Assembly (NCBI GenBank): GCA_964389685.1
Contig: CAYMFM010000001.1
Span: 71,089-135,088 of the forward strand
From: an uncultured Rikenellaceae bacterium
GTDB taxonomy: Bacteria > Bacteroidota > Bacteroidia > Bacteroidales > VadinHA17
DNA length: 64,000 nucleotides
Direction: 5' to 3'
A program made the position numbers and the translations under genes. This document shows positions 40,301 through 49,700 of the stretch, piece by piece (the stretch's first letter is position 1; each line of letters opens with the position of its first letter). The notes beneath the pieces are model-generated. The model saw only the letters and a program-made list of their open reading frames with translations. It ran no database searches and had not been told where the DNA came from.

Positions 40301-40747
40301 GTTAAGGAGCATTCCAAAACAGAGGAACAAAAATATACCGGAGTTCGCTGGTGGAGACCTCCAGTGAATTGGCAGACCATTACACAATCGGGGTTCTATG
40401 GTAAATACATCCGCTCCGCAGTGTATACCAAATCAGGATCCGGGGAGAATAAAGCAATCTGGAAAACACCAATAGAGGAGGAGGGATTTTATGATGTATA
40501 TTGTCACATTGGTGATGCAACGGGCGTCTTATACACGGACCGAAACCAGCAGAATGCGAAATACCATTTCAAGGTTTTTCATGATGAAGGAATAGAAGAA
40601 ACCATTATGGAACTTCAAAACAGCGAGAATGGATGGAATTTCCTGGGGACCTATTTCCTCTCATCCGATACGGCAAAAGTGGAGATGTCAAACGACTCCG
40701 AAGGAAGAATGGTCGTTGCCGATGCCATAAAATGGGTGAAACAATAA
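37388..40747 (+). CDS. ABC-2-type permease (7 predicted TM) fused to a large extracytoplasmic M1-aminopeptidase-like domain lacking HExxH, plus a C-terminal beta-sandwich-like module
   Basis: N-terminal 280 aa contains 7 hydrophobic helices and an ABC-2-like segment TTEVVYMRSLSNSDYVLGKTLG. Residues ~295-390 (VTHCDLNLIHKKEKIEVTARLKFVNNTGVAIREYLFTLNPGLEVLEV...LILRYQG) resemble the M1 peptidase N-domain. There is no HExxH anywhere in the 1119 aa. The last ~130 aa (GFYDVYCHIG...AKYHFKVFHDEG...NGWNFLGTYFLSSDTAKVEMSN...VVADAIKWVKQ) match the pattern I associate with golvesin-C-terminal-like domains. Confidence 0.6.
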   Translation: MLSIRKISIIARFEIKTLLRSWFFRIFAGLSLVILIFFDIAGITEVGEGIWLIRGIPANIPLGNLFMLNIAQAIIAAFLATEFLKRDHKLDTTEVVYMRSLSNSDYVLGKTLGILIVFFLLNFLVLAIAAVMNLTNPNIAFDLQAYLIYPVIISLPTLIYILGLSFLLMILIRNQAVTIVVLLGYIASLLFYLGKKFYFLFDYMAFSYPLMKSDFVGFGNTLEMVAQRGIYFCLGCSFIFLTIILFKRLPQSRIMTRVSWVAMILLFVAAGLLVKLYMDPISQGKRLRENMVALNNEYVDDPTVTVTHCDLNLIHKKEKIEVTARLKFVNNTGVAIREYLFTLNPGLEVLEVSRNDDSLSFERDLHLVRIQPESNLSPGAEDSLILRYQGVINNHACYLDIDESIRSGELRLDMLTVHRRYSFVTPEYLLLTGELLWYPEAGVNYCSTIPGYHRTTFVKYTLTVSSDKHLEAFSQGQMNRMSDGVFHFVPENPLSRLSLVIGKYIRRTISCDSVEYNLMTLQGHDYFEPYMNELGDTLIPVIRELKQDYEREIDLPYLFPRFSLVEVPIQFTSYPRFWTMSQETVQPEMVFLPEMGLPIWQADFKAGLDRQKRNAERNNQVISDKELQAKLLGQFIRAIITTGNQETWFYGGNIGYGRSAYSIYPNYCNYVYYIKSESCPIVNMALESYLDKGAAESNDFWSRNWRGLSDEETANLALQENSFDQILLDPEENEVIYHVIRLKGFYLFTLLESKIGAEQFKKSLLSLLGEHSFESLELEKLGQAFQKEYSLDVQTQVDDWFKSDQLPGFLIGGLESYEFIDGDRTRYQVRFKASNPEPVEGLFMLSFRTGDSEGDPKYYSGSGYYSGPQGSDETASKIIYLEPGQTKEIGAVLDAQPRSLTINSVISQNIPSIIDFNFGENEVNRRASAFDGERVLRSDFSFENPDEIIVDNEDPTFELVEAYTDSYLRKLVKEHSKTEEQKYTGVRWWRPPVNWQTITQSGFYGKYIRSAVYTKSGSGENKAIWKTPIEEEGFYDVYCHIGDATGVLYTDRNQQNAKYHFKVFHDEGIEETIMELQNSENGWNFLGTYFLSSDTAKVEMSNDSEGRMVVADAIKWVKQ

Positions 40748-40799
40748 GATCGAGGAACAGGCGATGCAAACATTGAACAGTAAAAAATGAAATAATAAA

Positions 40800-42296
40800 A
40801 TGATGAAGATCAATCAAACCCTTTCGCAGACGAAAAAACTTCTGATTCCCCTGTTGTTTTTTTCGTGGACTCAACCTTCGGGTTTGTCACAAACACTGGT
40901 TACGCTGGAAAAGGCACTTGAAATAGCGGAGATAAATAGTCCGGATATCCGGCATTCCAGGTTGAATCTCCAGCGCTATGAGGAGACATTGAATGCTCAG
41001 TATGCCTCCTATAAATCGAAGCTGGCTCTTTCAGTTACGCCCCTCTATTACAGCCATGGACGGGAATTCTACGAATTCTATTCCACCTGGAATACCAGCG
41101 AAACATTTCGGTCATCCGGTGCTTTTACCATCTCACAACCCATTAAGATCACCGATGGTATCCTGACAATTTCAGACCGGTTCTCTTTCCAGAACTCCTA
41201 CAGTGAATTCAGTGATGAAACCAACCAGGCATTCAGCAACAACCTCTATATCCAGTTCGATCAGCCACTCTTTACCTACAACCGGTCAAAAATGCAGCTT
41301 AAAGAACTGGAGCTGGATTATGAGAATGCTGCCCTGAGTTATGCCATTCAAAAACTGGCGATTGAAAAAAACGTTACCCAGAGTTTCTATAATGTCTTTG
41401 ATTATCAAATGGGCCTTCAGATTGCTGAGGAGGAATACAAGAACCAGCAAATCAGTTATGAAATTATTAAAAACAAGGTGGAAGGCGGGTTGTCAGCCAT
41501 GGAAGAGCTGTATCAGGCTGAACTAAACCTGATGACCAGTAAATCAAACCTTCAGAACCAGCAGGTTGCTCTGGAGAACGCAAAGGATGCATTCAAACAG
41601 CTCATCGGTCTCTCTCTTTACGAAGAAATAGCCGTACTGGCGGACGTATCCATTCCTGAAGTGACCGTTGAAATGGGAAAAGCAATAGATCATGCACTGA
41701 AAAACAGGATGGAACTCCGGCAACGGGAGATCAGTATTGAAAATTCACAGTTTGAAATGATCCGAACAGCCGCGATGAATGAGTTCAAAGGGAATGTATC
41801 CGTTGCTGTTGGTCTCTTCGGAGATGATGAAAAGGTGCAGAACATCTATTCCTCACCCACCGATAACCAGCAGGTGAGTGTGTCGTTCGAGATTCCCATC
41901 TGGGACTGGGGTGAGAAAAAAGCCCGGCTCAAAGCAGCGGAAGCAGCCATGCAATCTCAGGAACTCTACCTGGAAGACGAAAACAACAACATCATCATCA
42001 ACATAAGAACCATTTACCGTAATTTGCAAAACCTTCTGACACAAATTGCAATAGCGGATCAAAACCAGAAAAATGCTGAACTCACGTACGAGATTAACCT
42101 GGAACGGTACCGAAACGGAGACCTTACCAGCATGGATCTCAGCCTGTTTCAAAATCAGCTCTCAGAAAAGAAAATTGCCTATTCAAGAGCATTGATCAAT
42201 TATAAAATTGAACTGCTGAACCTGAAGATCCAATCATTATGGGATTTTATCGAAAACAAATCCATCGTCCCGGAAGAGTTCACCCGGTCAGGTTGA
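40800..42296 (+). CDS. TolC-family outer membrane efflux protein
   Basis: 498 aa with a signal peptide. It has two OEP-type repeats with coiled-coil segments, e.g. LEKALEIAEINSPDIRHSRLNLQRYEE and AELTYEINLERYRNGDLTSMDLSLFQNQL. Confidence 0.85.
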   Translation: MMKINQTLSQTKKLLIPLLFFSWTQPSGLSQTLVTLEKALEIAEINSPDIRHSRLNLQRYEETLNAQYASYKSKLALSVTPLYYSHGREFYEFYSTWNTSETFRSSGAFTISQPIKITDGILTISDRFSFQNSYSEFSDETNQAFSNNLYIQFDQPLFTYNRSKMQLKELELDYENAALSYAIQKLAIEKNVTQSFYNVFDYQMGLQIAEEEYKNQQISYEIIKNKVEGGLSAMEELYQAELNLMTSKSNLQNQQVALENAKDAFKQLIGLSLYEEIAVLADVSIPEVTVEMGKAIDHALKNRMELRQREISIENSQFEMIRTAAMNEFKGNVSVAVGLFGDDEKVQNIYSSPTDNQQVSVSFEIPIWDWGEKKARLKAAEAAMQSQELYLEDENNNIIINIRTIYRNLQNLLTQIAIADQNQKNAELTYEINLERYRNGDLTSMDLSLFQNQLSEKKIAYSRALINYKIELLNLKIQSLWDFIENKSIVPEEFTRSG

Positions 42297-42313
42297 GCAG
42301 TTGAAAATCAAAT

Positions 42314-43429
42314 ATGAGGAACCATCCAAAACCGAAACATAATACACTGAAGATAATGAGTACAAATCCATTCAATTTGAAAAATTCGATTCTTGTCGTC
42401 GTAGTAATTACCACCCTGCTATCCTCCTGCCACAACCGGGAAGATGAGCTGGATACGGAGATTGCCGTTCCCGTTACAGTGGAGGAAGTCAAAGCCAGAT
42501 CGATTGAGCAATACGTTTCTTCAACGGGTAATGTTCTTCCAACCAAGGAAGTGTTACTTAAATCCCAGATTCCGGGCTATTACCGGGTAATGATTAATCC
42601 CGTTACCGGCCGGAAATTTGCACTGGGGGATATCGTAAAACAGGACCAGATCATCATTCAGTTGGAAGATCCAGCCTTTGAGAATGAGATAAAAATTGAA
42701 TCGCAAAAGCTCAACCTGGATATTTCTGAACGGGAATTCAATAAACAGCAATCGTTGTATGATAAAGGGGGAGTAACACTGCGGGAGTTGAAGAATGCAG
42801 AGATCAGCTTTATCAATGCGAAATATGCCTATGAGAATGCCCTCCTGCAGCTGGAAAAAATGAACATCAAAGCACCGTTCAAAGGAGTCATTGTCGACCT
42901 GCCGTATTATACGGAAGGGACACGGATTGAAGCGTCACTTCCCATGGTGAAACTCATGGATTACAGCCAGCTTTACCTGGAGATCCAAATGCCGGAAAAG
43001 GAACTGGGGAAAGTGAAGGTTAATCAACCGGTCCGGATTATGAATTATTCCCTGCCGGAGGATACCCTGTCGGGAAGCATTACCCAGTTGTCTCCGGCTA
43101 TTAATTCTGAAACAAGAACATTTAAGGGATCGGTCATGATCGCAAATCCAAACCTCCTGCTTCGACCGGGTATGTTCGTTCGGGCTGAAATCGTGGTAGC
43201 CAGTGAAGATAGTACCATCGTAATCCCGAAAGATATTATCCTCGTTAAACAGCGCGGCAAAACCGTCTTCGTTGTCGATAAGGGAGCAGCAGAAGAACGA
43301 ATCCTGGTGACCGGCCTTGAAAATCCGACTCACATTGAAGTGATTGGAGGACTGGAACTGAATGAGAGGCTGGTGGTCAGTGGATTTGAAACCCTCAGAA
43401 ACCAGTCAAAGGTGAGAATTATCCGGTGA
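42314..43429 (+). CDS. efflux periplasmic adaptor (membrane fusion protein) lipoprotein
   Basis: Lipobox LLSSCH, a biotinyl-lipoyl-like hairpin and coiled coil, APFKGVIVDL, and C-terminal LRPGMFVRAEIV...VIPKDIIL. Confidence 0.85.
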   Translation: MRNHPKPKHNTLKIMSTNPFNLKNSILVVVVITTLLSSCHNREDELDTEIAVPVTVEEVKARSIEQYVSSTGNVLPTKEVLLKSQIPGYYRVMINPVTGRKFALGDIVKQDQIIIQLEDPAFENEIKIESQKLNLDISEREFNKQQSLYDKGGVTLRELKNAEISFINAKYAYENALLQLEKMNIKAPFKGVIVDLPYYTEGTRIEASLPMVKLMDYSQLYLEIQMPEKELGKVKVNQPVRIMNYSLPEDTLSGSITQLSPAINSETRTFKGSVMIANPNLLLRPGMFVRAEIVVASEDSTIVIPKDIILVKQRGKTVFVVDKGAAEERILVTGLENPTHIEVIGGLELNERLVVSGFETLRNQSKVRIIR

Positions 43430-43470
43430 TGCCTGAGGAAAAATGATAGGTTACGTTAAAAGATCAACTG

Positions 43471-46400
43471 GTGAAAAAAATAACTGAATTTTCCGTCAAT
43501 TATCCCATAACCATTTTTATGATCGTTCTGGCAGTTATTCTGCTTGGCATCATATCGTTTGGCAAACTGGGAATAGACCTGTTTCCTGATCTGAATAACC
43601 CGAGAATATTCGTTGAAATAAAAGCCGGTGAAAAACCACCGGAGGAGATCGAAAAACAATATGTGGAAAATATTGAATCGCTCTCTATCCGACAGAAAGG
43701 AGCCATTCAGGTCTCTTCAATATGCAGGGTTGGATCAGCTCAGATTACCGTTGAATATTCCTGGGATACAGACATGGATGAAGCATTTCTTGACCTTCAG
43801 AAAACCTTAACAGGCTTTGCCCAGAATGCTGAAATAGAAGAGTTTAATATTACTCAGCACGATCCGAATGCCGTACCGGTGATGATTGTTGGGATTACTC
43901 ACAGCTCCATCAGAGACATGAATGAACTTCGGAAATCGGCAGAGAATTATCTGAGGAATGAGCTGATCCGGTTGGAAGGAATAGCGGAAGTGAAATTATC
44001 GGGCCAGGAGGAGAGTGAAGTATTGATTGAAACGAACAATTACCTTCTCAAGGCGCATAACCTGACCACCAGTGAAATCACCACCAGGATACAGAGCTTT
44101 AACCGAAATGTGTCGGGTGGATCCATTGTCGAAATGGGACGGCAATATATCATTAAAGGCGTTAGCTTGCTTGAGGATCTGGACGACATTGGAAACATCA
44201 TCGTTGGGTACAAATCACCCGAAACTCCAGGAATCGATCAATCAAACCTGACAAATCAGCAAGAGACGGAGGTGAATACCAATAACGTACCGATTTTTCT
44301 GAAAGATGTGGCTACCATCAAATACCAGAATAAAGACCCGGTGAATATTGTACGGATAAACCAGGAGCGGTGCATCGGATTGTCAATCTATAAAGAGACA
44401 AAATTCAATACCGTGAAAGCCGTAAAAGACCTCAAAGAGGCTTTTAAGGATATTCAAAAAGCGCTTCCGGGATATGAATTTGTTGTCATCCGTGACCAGG
44501 GGAACTTTATCACGTCCGCCATTAATGAAGTCGAACAAACCGGATTGATCGGGATTCTGCTGGCCATCATCATCCTGTATCTCTTTCTTCGCCGTATCGG
44601 AACAACATTTATCATCAGTGTTGCCATTCCGGTTTCCATTATTGCCACGTTTAACCTGATGTATTTCAATGGCCTTACCATAAATATCATGACACTGGGT
44701 GGACTGGCACTGGGTGCCGGAATGCTGGTAGACAATGCCATCGTGGTTATGGAAAACATCTTTAGGAACCTTGAATCCGGAATGTCTGTCAAGGATGCAG
44801 CAATCAAAGGAACAGCAGAAGTCGGAGGTGCTATTACTGCCTCAACCATAACCACCATTGTTGTCTTTTTACCCATCGTATACCTGCATGGAGCTTCCGG
44901 TGAGCTGTTTAAAGACCAGGCATGGACCGTTGCCTTCTCCCTGATCTCTTCCCTGTTTGTTGCCATTCTGGTAATTCCTGTTCTGGTTCACCGGTTTTTT
45001 AAAAAACCTCCTGCATTTACCGGTAAGGGATCGGTGCAGTTCAAATGGTATCCTGCCGTGTTGAGCAAAATCATCGATCGCCGATGGATCATTATATCGG
45101 TAGCTACCCTGCTCGTTGCTGCCTCAATCCTGCTCATCCCTCTGGTAGGCAGTGAATTCATGCCCAGCACGGATATAAGGGAATTTTCTCTGGAACTGGA
45201 ATTGCCGGAAGGAACCCAATTGGATCGAACAGCCACCACCGTTAAGACCGTCGAGCAGATAATCATGGATGTCCTGGGAGATGACCTGGATGTAATCTAT
45301 AGTCAAATAGGCCCCTCACCTGAAACAGGATCAGGTGAACAGGCCATTTTTGAGGACGAAAATACAGCTTCAATAAAAATTATCCTGAACAAAGAGGGAG
45401 AGTTTTCCAGCAATACCATCATATCCTCATTGGGGATGGTCCTGAATGATATCCCCGACCTGGAAGTTCGATTCCTCAAGGATGAGACAGCCCTGCAGGA
45501 AATCCTGGGAACCAGTGATGCCCCCATTGAAATAGAAATACAGGGCAAGGATTTCCAGCAGATCGAACAACTCACAGAAGAGGTGGTGGAAGTGGTTGAG
45601 AATATGGACCAGTTGTATAATGTAAAAACCTCTATCGAAGAAGGATTCCCGGAAATTGAAGTTGTTATCGATAGACTCAGGGCAGGAATGTACAATGTGG
45701 ATGTAAATAGCATCAGCAATCAATTGACGGACCAATTGATGGGGAAAAAAGCCGGAGAACTTGAGGATGAGGGGGAAATGAAGGATATAACCATCAAACT
45801 GCCCGATATCAGCCTTTCCCAATTACACAATACGTTGATCAAGAGCGGTACACAAACCTTTCATCTCTCAGATCTGGCAACGATCAAAACTACGGTTGCT
45901 CCCAAAGAGATACATCGGCGGAACCAGACACGCATTGGTAAAATCATGGCTCAGTATAGGGAAGATATTGCCTTCGATCATCTGATACAGCAGCTGGAAG
46001 AAAATATATCGCAAATCGAACTGCCTCCCGATTACAGGATCCAACTGGTTGGTGAAGAGCTGAAACGGAAGGAATCGATGAGTAACCTGACATTCGCACT
46101 GCTGCTTTCCATCATCCTTGTCTATATGGTCCTTGCTTCCCAGTTTGAATCACTGGTCCATCCCTTCACCATCCTGCTTACCATTCCCCTGGCAGGTGTC
46201 GGTGCAGTCCTGATCTTTTTTATCCTTGGACTATCCTTTAACATCATGGCCTATATCGGGATCATCATGCTGGCGGGCATTGCAGTGAATGATTCCATTA
46301 TCCTGGTAGATGTTGTCAATCAACGGATCCGGGAGGGGATGTCCCGGAAAGAGGCAATCATTGAAGGAGGACGGGTCCGTATCCGGCCCATTGTAATGAC

Positions 46401-46605
46401 AAGCATAACTACCATTCTTGCTCTGTTGCCCCTTACCTTCGGATTCGGCGAGAGTGCATCACTGCGGTCTCCCATGGCCCTCGCCGTGATCGGGGGACTG
46501 GTAACATCTACCCTGTTGACACTGGTCGTTATTCCTTGTGTCTATTATGTTTTGGATCAATTGAAAGAAAAATTATCACGCCAAGCCGCAAAGTCACAAA
46601 GATAA
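43471..46605 (+). CDS. RND (AcrB/AcrD/AcrF-family) efflux permease
   Basis: 1044 aa with 12-TM RND architecture. MKKITEFSVNYPITIFM N-terminus, TM4 GAGMLVDNAIVVMENI, TM10 GIAVNDSIILVD, and RIRPIVMTSITTILALLPL. GTG start. Confidence 0.9.
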   Translation: MKKITEFSVNYPITIFMIVLAVILLGIISFGKLGIDLFPDLNNPRIFVEIKAGEKPPEEIEKQYVENIESLSIRQKGAIQVSSICRVGSAQITVEYSWDTDMDEAFLDLQKTLTGFAQNAEIEEFNITQHDPNAVPVMIVGITHSSIRDMNELRKSAENYLRNELIRLEGIAEVKLSGQEESEVLIETNNYLLKAHNLTTSEITTRIQSFNRNVSGGSIVEMGRQYIIKGVSLLEDLDDIGNIIVGYKSPETPGIDQSNLTNQQETEVNTNNVPIFLKDVATIKYQNKDPVNIVRINQERCIGLSIYKETKFNTVKAVKDLKEAFKDIQKALPGYEFVVIRDQGNFITSAINEVEQTGLIGILLAIIILYLFLRRIGTTFIISVAIPVSIIATFNLMYFNGLTINIMTLGGLALGAGMLVDNAIVVMENIFRNLESGMSVKDAAIKGTAEVGGAITASTITTIVVFLPIVYLHGASGELFKDQAWTVAFSLISSLFVAILVIPVLVHRFFKKPPAFTGKGSVQFKWYPAVLSKIIDRRWIIISVATLLVAASILLIPLVGSEFMPSTDIREFSLELELPEGTQLDRTATTVKTVEQIIMDVLGDDLDVIYSQIGPSPETGSGEQAIFEDENTASIKIILNKEGEFSSNTIISSLGMVLNDIPDLEVRFLKDETALQEILGTSDAPIEIEIQGKDFQQIEQLTEEVVEVVENMDQLYNVKTSIEEGFPEIEVVIDRLRAGMYNVDVNSISNQLTDQLMGKKAGELEDEGEMKDITIKLPDISLSQLHNTLIKSGTQTFHLSDLATIKTTVAPKEIHRRNQTRIGKIMAQYREDIAFDHLIQQLEENISQIELPPDYRIQLVGEELKRKESMSNLTFALLLSIILVYMVLASQFESLVHPFTILLTIPLAGVGAVLIFFILGLSFNIMAYIGIIMLAGIAVNDSIILVDVVNQRIREGMSRKEAIIEGGRVRIRPIVMTSITTILALLPLTFGFGESASLRSPMALAVIGGLVTSTLLTLVVIPCVYYVLDQLKEKLSRQAAKSQR

Positions 46606-46626
46606 TTAACAGATGACTGAGAACGG

Positions 46627-49600
46627 ATGAAATTTATTGTACATAGGAAAACGCTGATCAGCATGTTGTTCATTGGATTAACCTTGCTGGGTTATATATC
46701 CTATAAACACCTCCCGGTTGAGTTGATCCCCAATGCAGAACTCCCTGTGTTGATTGTGAACGTGGCAAGCCCGCTTGAGGTTGATCCGAAGTACATGGAA
46801 AATGCAGCAGTGATCCCCCTGGAAGGGGTGATCGGTTCCCTGGAAGGAATAGAAGAGATTGAATCTACCGCCAGTTCGAGAAGGGGAGTCATCTACATCT
46901 CATTTTCCCAAAAAACAAACATCAAATACGCATACCTGAAATTGCAGGAACGGGTTGAAGTCATAAAGCCAACCCTCCCGGAAGGATTTTATGTCCAGGT
47001 GGTAAAGATTGATATAGAACAGCTATCCAATCAATTCATGGGATTACAGGTGCGGGGCAGTGGAGGTACAGACCGGGTTCGGAACGTGGTGGACCAGGAA
47101 ATCAAACCCGAACTGGAGAATGTGGATGGAATTGCCAGTGTAGAGGTGTTTGGCGGGAGAGAAAAATCGATCGAGATTATCCTGGATGAAGAGGCATGCA
47201 GAGCCCATGGAATCTCTCCGTCACAGGTTAGAAATCTGCTTTCTCAAAGCACAAAAAGCAAAACCTTTGTAGGGGATGTGGTCGAGAATAACCGCCGGTA
47301 TTTCGTGAATGTAACAGCAGAGTATCTTGAGATAGATGATATTCAAAACCTGGTAGTGGATGGCAGGGGCCCCATCTTGCTAAAAGACGTTGCTGAGATC
47401 TTCTTTGGTGTTAAAGAAGAATCATCCTATAGCCGGGTCAACGGAAAAGAAGCCGTTACCATCCAACTCGTCAGGGACCTGCAGGTGAACATGATCGATC
47501 TCTCCCACAGAACCAACGAGGTGATTGAAAAACTCAACCATGATCTGCGCTCAAAAGATATTGAAATTGTTATCCAGAATAATATGGCAGAGACTATGGA
47601 GGAGAATATCAACCTCATCATCCGGCTTGCTCTCATTGGAGGATTGCTGGCCATCTGTTTACTCTGGATCTTCCTTAAAAACCTCCGGTTGGTGGTTACC
47701 GTTGCCCTTGCTATTCCCATATCGGTATTTACGGCATTTAACTTCTTTTATGCTTTTAACATTTCATTAAACAGTTTAACCCTGGTGGGAATGGCCCTTG
47801 CCATTGGTATGCTATTGGATAACAGTGTTGTTGTGCTGGAAAGTATATATCGTATCGCAACCAGGAAAAAAGATGTTGACAAAATAGTGCTACAGGGGAC
47901 AAAGGAAGTATGGCGTTCGATTTTTGCTGGAACCCTTACCACGATGGCGGTTTTTCTACCCTTCCTTTTTGCATCGAACTTTCTCATCAGCCTGCTGGGG
48001 AAACACGTGGGTGTCTCGATCATCTCAACGCTGGGTGTCTCCCTTCTGGTAGCCCTTCTGCTCATCCCAATGACATCCCACTTCTTCCTTAAAAAAGGAT
48101 TGCAGAAAGGGAAGTTGAGGTTCCAGACCTTATCGTCAGATAACCGGCTGGTAAGGATCTATATTGTTTTGCTTAAAGCCTGTATGCGTTTTCCTGCAAG
48201 AACGATCATCGGAGCTGTTTTCCTCTTTTTCATTGCGGTTTTTATTAGCCTGGCAATAAGCATCAGTTCCGTGCAGGAAGTGGATACACCGGAATTTAAC
48301 CTCTATGTAACCATGCCGGGTGGTGCTACCCTGGAAACAACCAACCATATCGTGGAGCAGATTGAAGAAAACATCGAGACCCTGGAAGAGAAAGGTGATG
48401 TAATCAGTAAGGTGTATGAGGAGGAGGCCATTGTGACAATCAATTTGCAGGAAGATTATGAGAAAATCGGTGAACGGACTTTGGCTCAGATAAAACGGGA
48501 GATAAAGGACCGGGTTAGTGATATCCGGGCTGCTGAAATATCATTAGACAGACCCTCTTCAGGGTATGGCGGTGGGGGTATGACGGGTGGAGATCCGGGT
48601 GGCGGATTCGAACGGTTGCTTGGCATCGGCACAGAGGAGGAAAAGGTGTTGATCAAGGGACAGGATTTTGAGCGCATGCGGAATGTTGCCGAAGATGTCA
48701 GGTACTTCCTGGAAAGTCTCTCTTCAATAAACTCCGCATCCATGAGCATTGCCGATAACCGGCCGGAGATCCATATCACCTTCGACCAGCATATCCTGAG
48801 TCAGTATGGTATATCCCTGGCTTCAATCGCAAATGAACTGAATTCTTTCCAGAGCGAATTTTCATCCGGTATTACATTCAAACAGGGGGGTGAGGAATAC
48901 GATATCATCATTAAAAACAGGGCTGAGGAGGAGACACAACCCATGACCATGGATGACCTGAAGCAACTTTCAATACAGGGGGCAAGCGGCAGCAGCTATG
49001 AACTGGAAAACCTGGGGGATATAATCTATGCAACAGGTAACAGTGAAATCAACCGGGTGAACCAGGAAAAACAGATTGAGGTCCGTTACCAGTTTATTCC
49101 GGAAATGCTGGACTCAAAGTCGCTGCTTACTGCTGCAAGACTCGAAATCGACCAGATGGTTGCTGCTCTGCCAATTCCTGCAGGAGTGGCTATTGAGGTG
49201 TTTCATGAGGAGAATGAGTTGAAGGACTTCTATTTCCTGATTCTCGCAGCAATCATATTGATTTACATGATACTGGCAGCCGTATTTGAATCCTTATCAA
49301 CTCCTGTGGTCTTAATGTTCTCTATTCCCCTTGCTGCCATCGGATCCCTCATTGCCCTGATCCTGACAGGAAACTCCCTCTTTAATGCAAATACACTCAC
49401 GGGATTTCTGATCCTGCTGGGGGTGGTGGTGAATAACGGTATTATACTGATCGATTATTCCAGGATCCTCCGACAGCAGGGATTTAACCGGTCCAGAGCC
49501 CTCATGATGGCAGGGCTGGCACGCATCAGACCCATCTTGATCACTGCAGTCACCACCATTGTAGCTATGCTTCCCCTTGCCATGGGGAAGGCAGAATACG

Positions 49601-49700
49601 TAACATCCATCGGAGCTCCGTTTGCCATAACGGTGATCGGAGGATTATCGCTGAGTACCCTGCTTACACTGTTGTTTATTCCAACGTTTAATACCGGACT
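46627..49700 (+). other. RND permease module of the fusion protein (12 TM, two large periplasmic loops)
   Basis: TM4 ALAIGMLLDNSVVVLESIY (D398 N399 at 47818-47823), TM10 LLGVVVNNGIILIDY (N936 N937 at 49432-49437), and TM11-12 IRPILITAVTTIVAMLPLA...LSTLLTLLFIPTF. Confidence 0.8.

Noticed and set aside
37388-40747. Calling the 1119-aa protein an active M1 family aminopeptidase.
   Set aside because: No HExxH or GAMEN-like motif is present anywhere in the translation. Only the fold-level resemblance of the N-domain is supportable.
36434-40747. Equating the ABC components with the gliding-motility transporter GldA/GldF/GldG.
   Set aside because: The NBD motifs and the permease architecture (7 TM plus an 840-aa ectodomain) do not resemble what I recall of GldA/F/G. 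There is also no GldG-like separate gene, and the context is TolC/MFP/RND.
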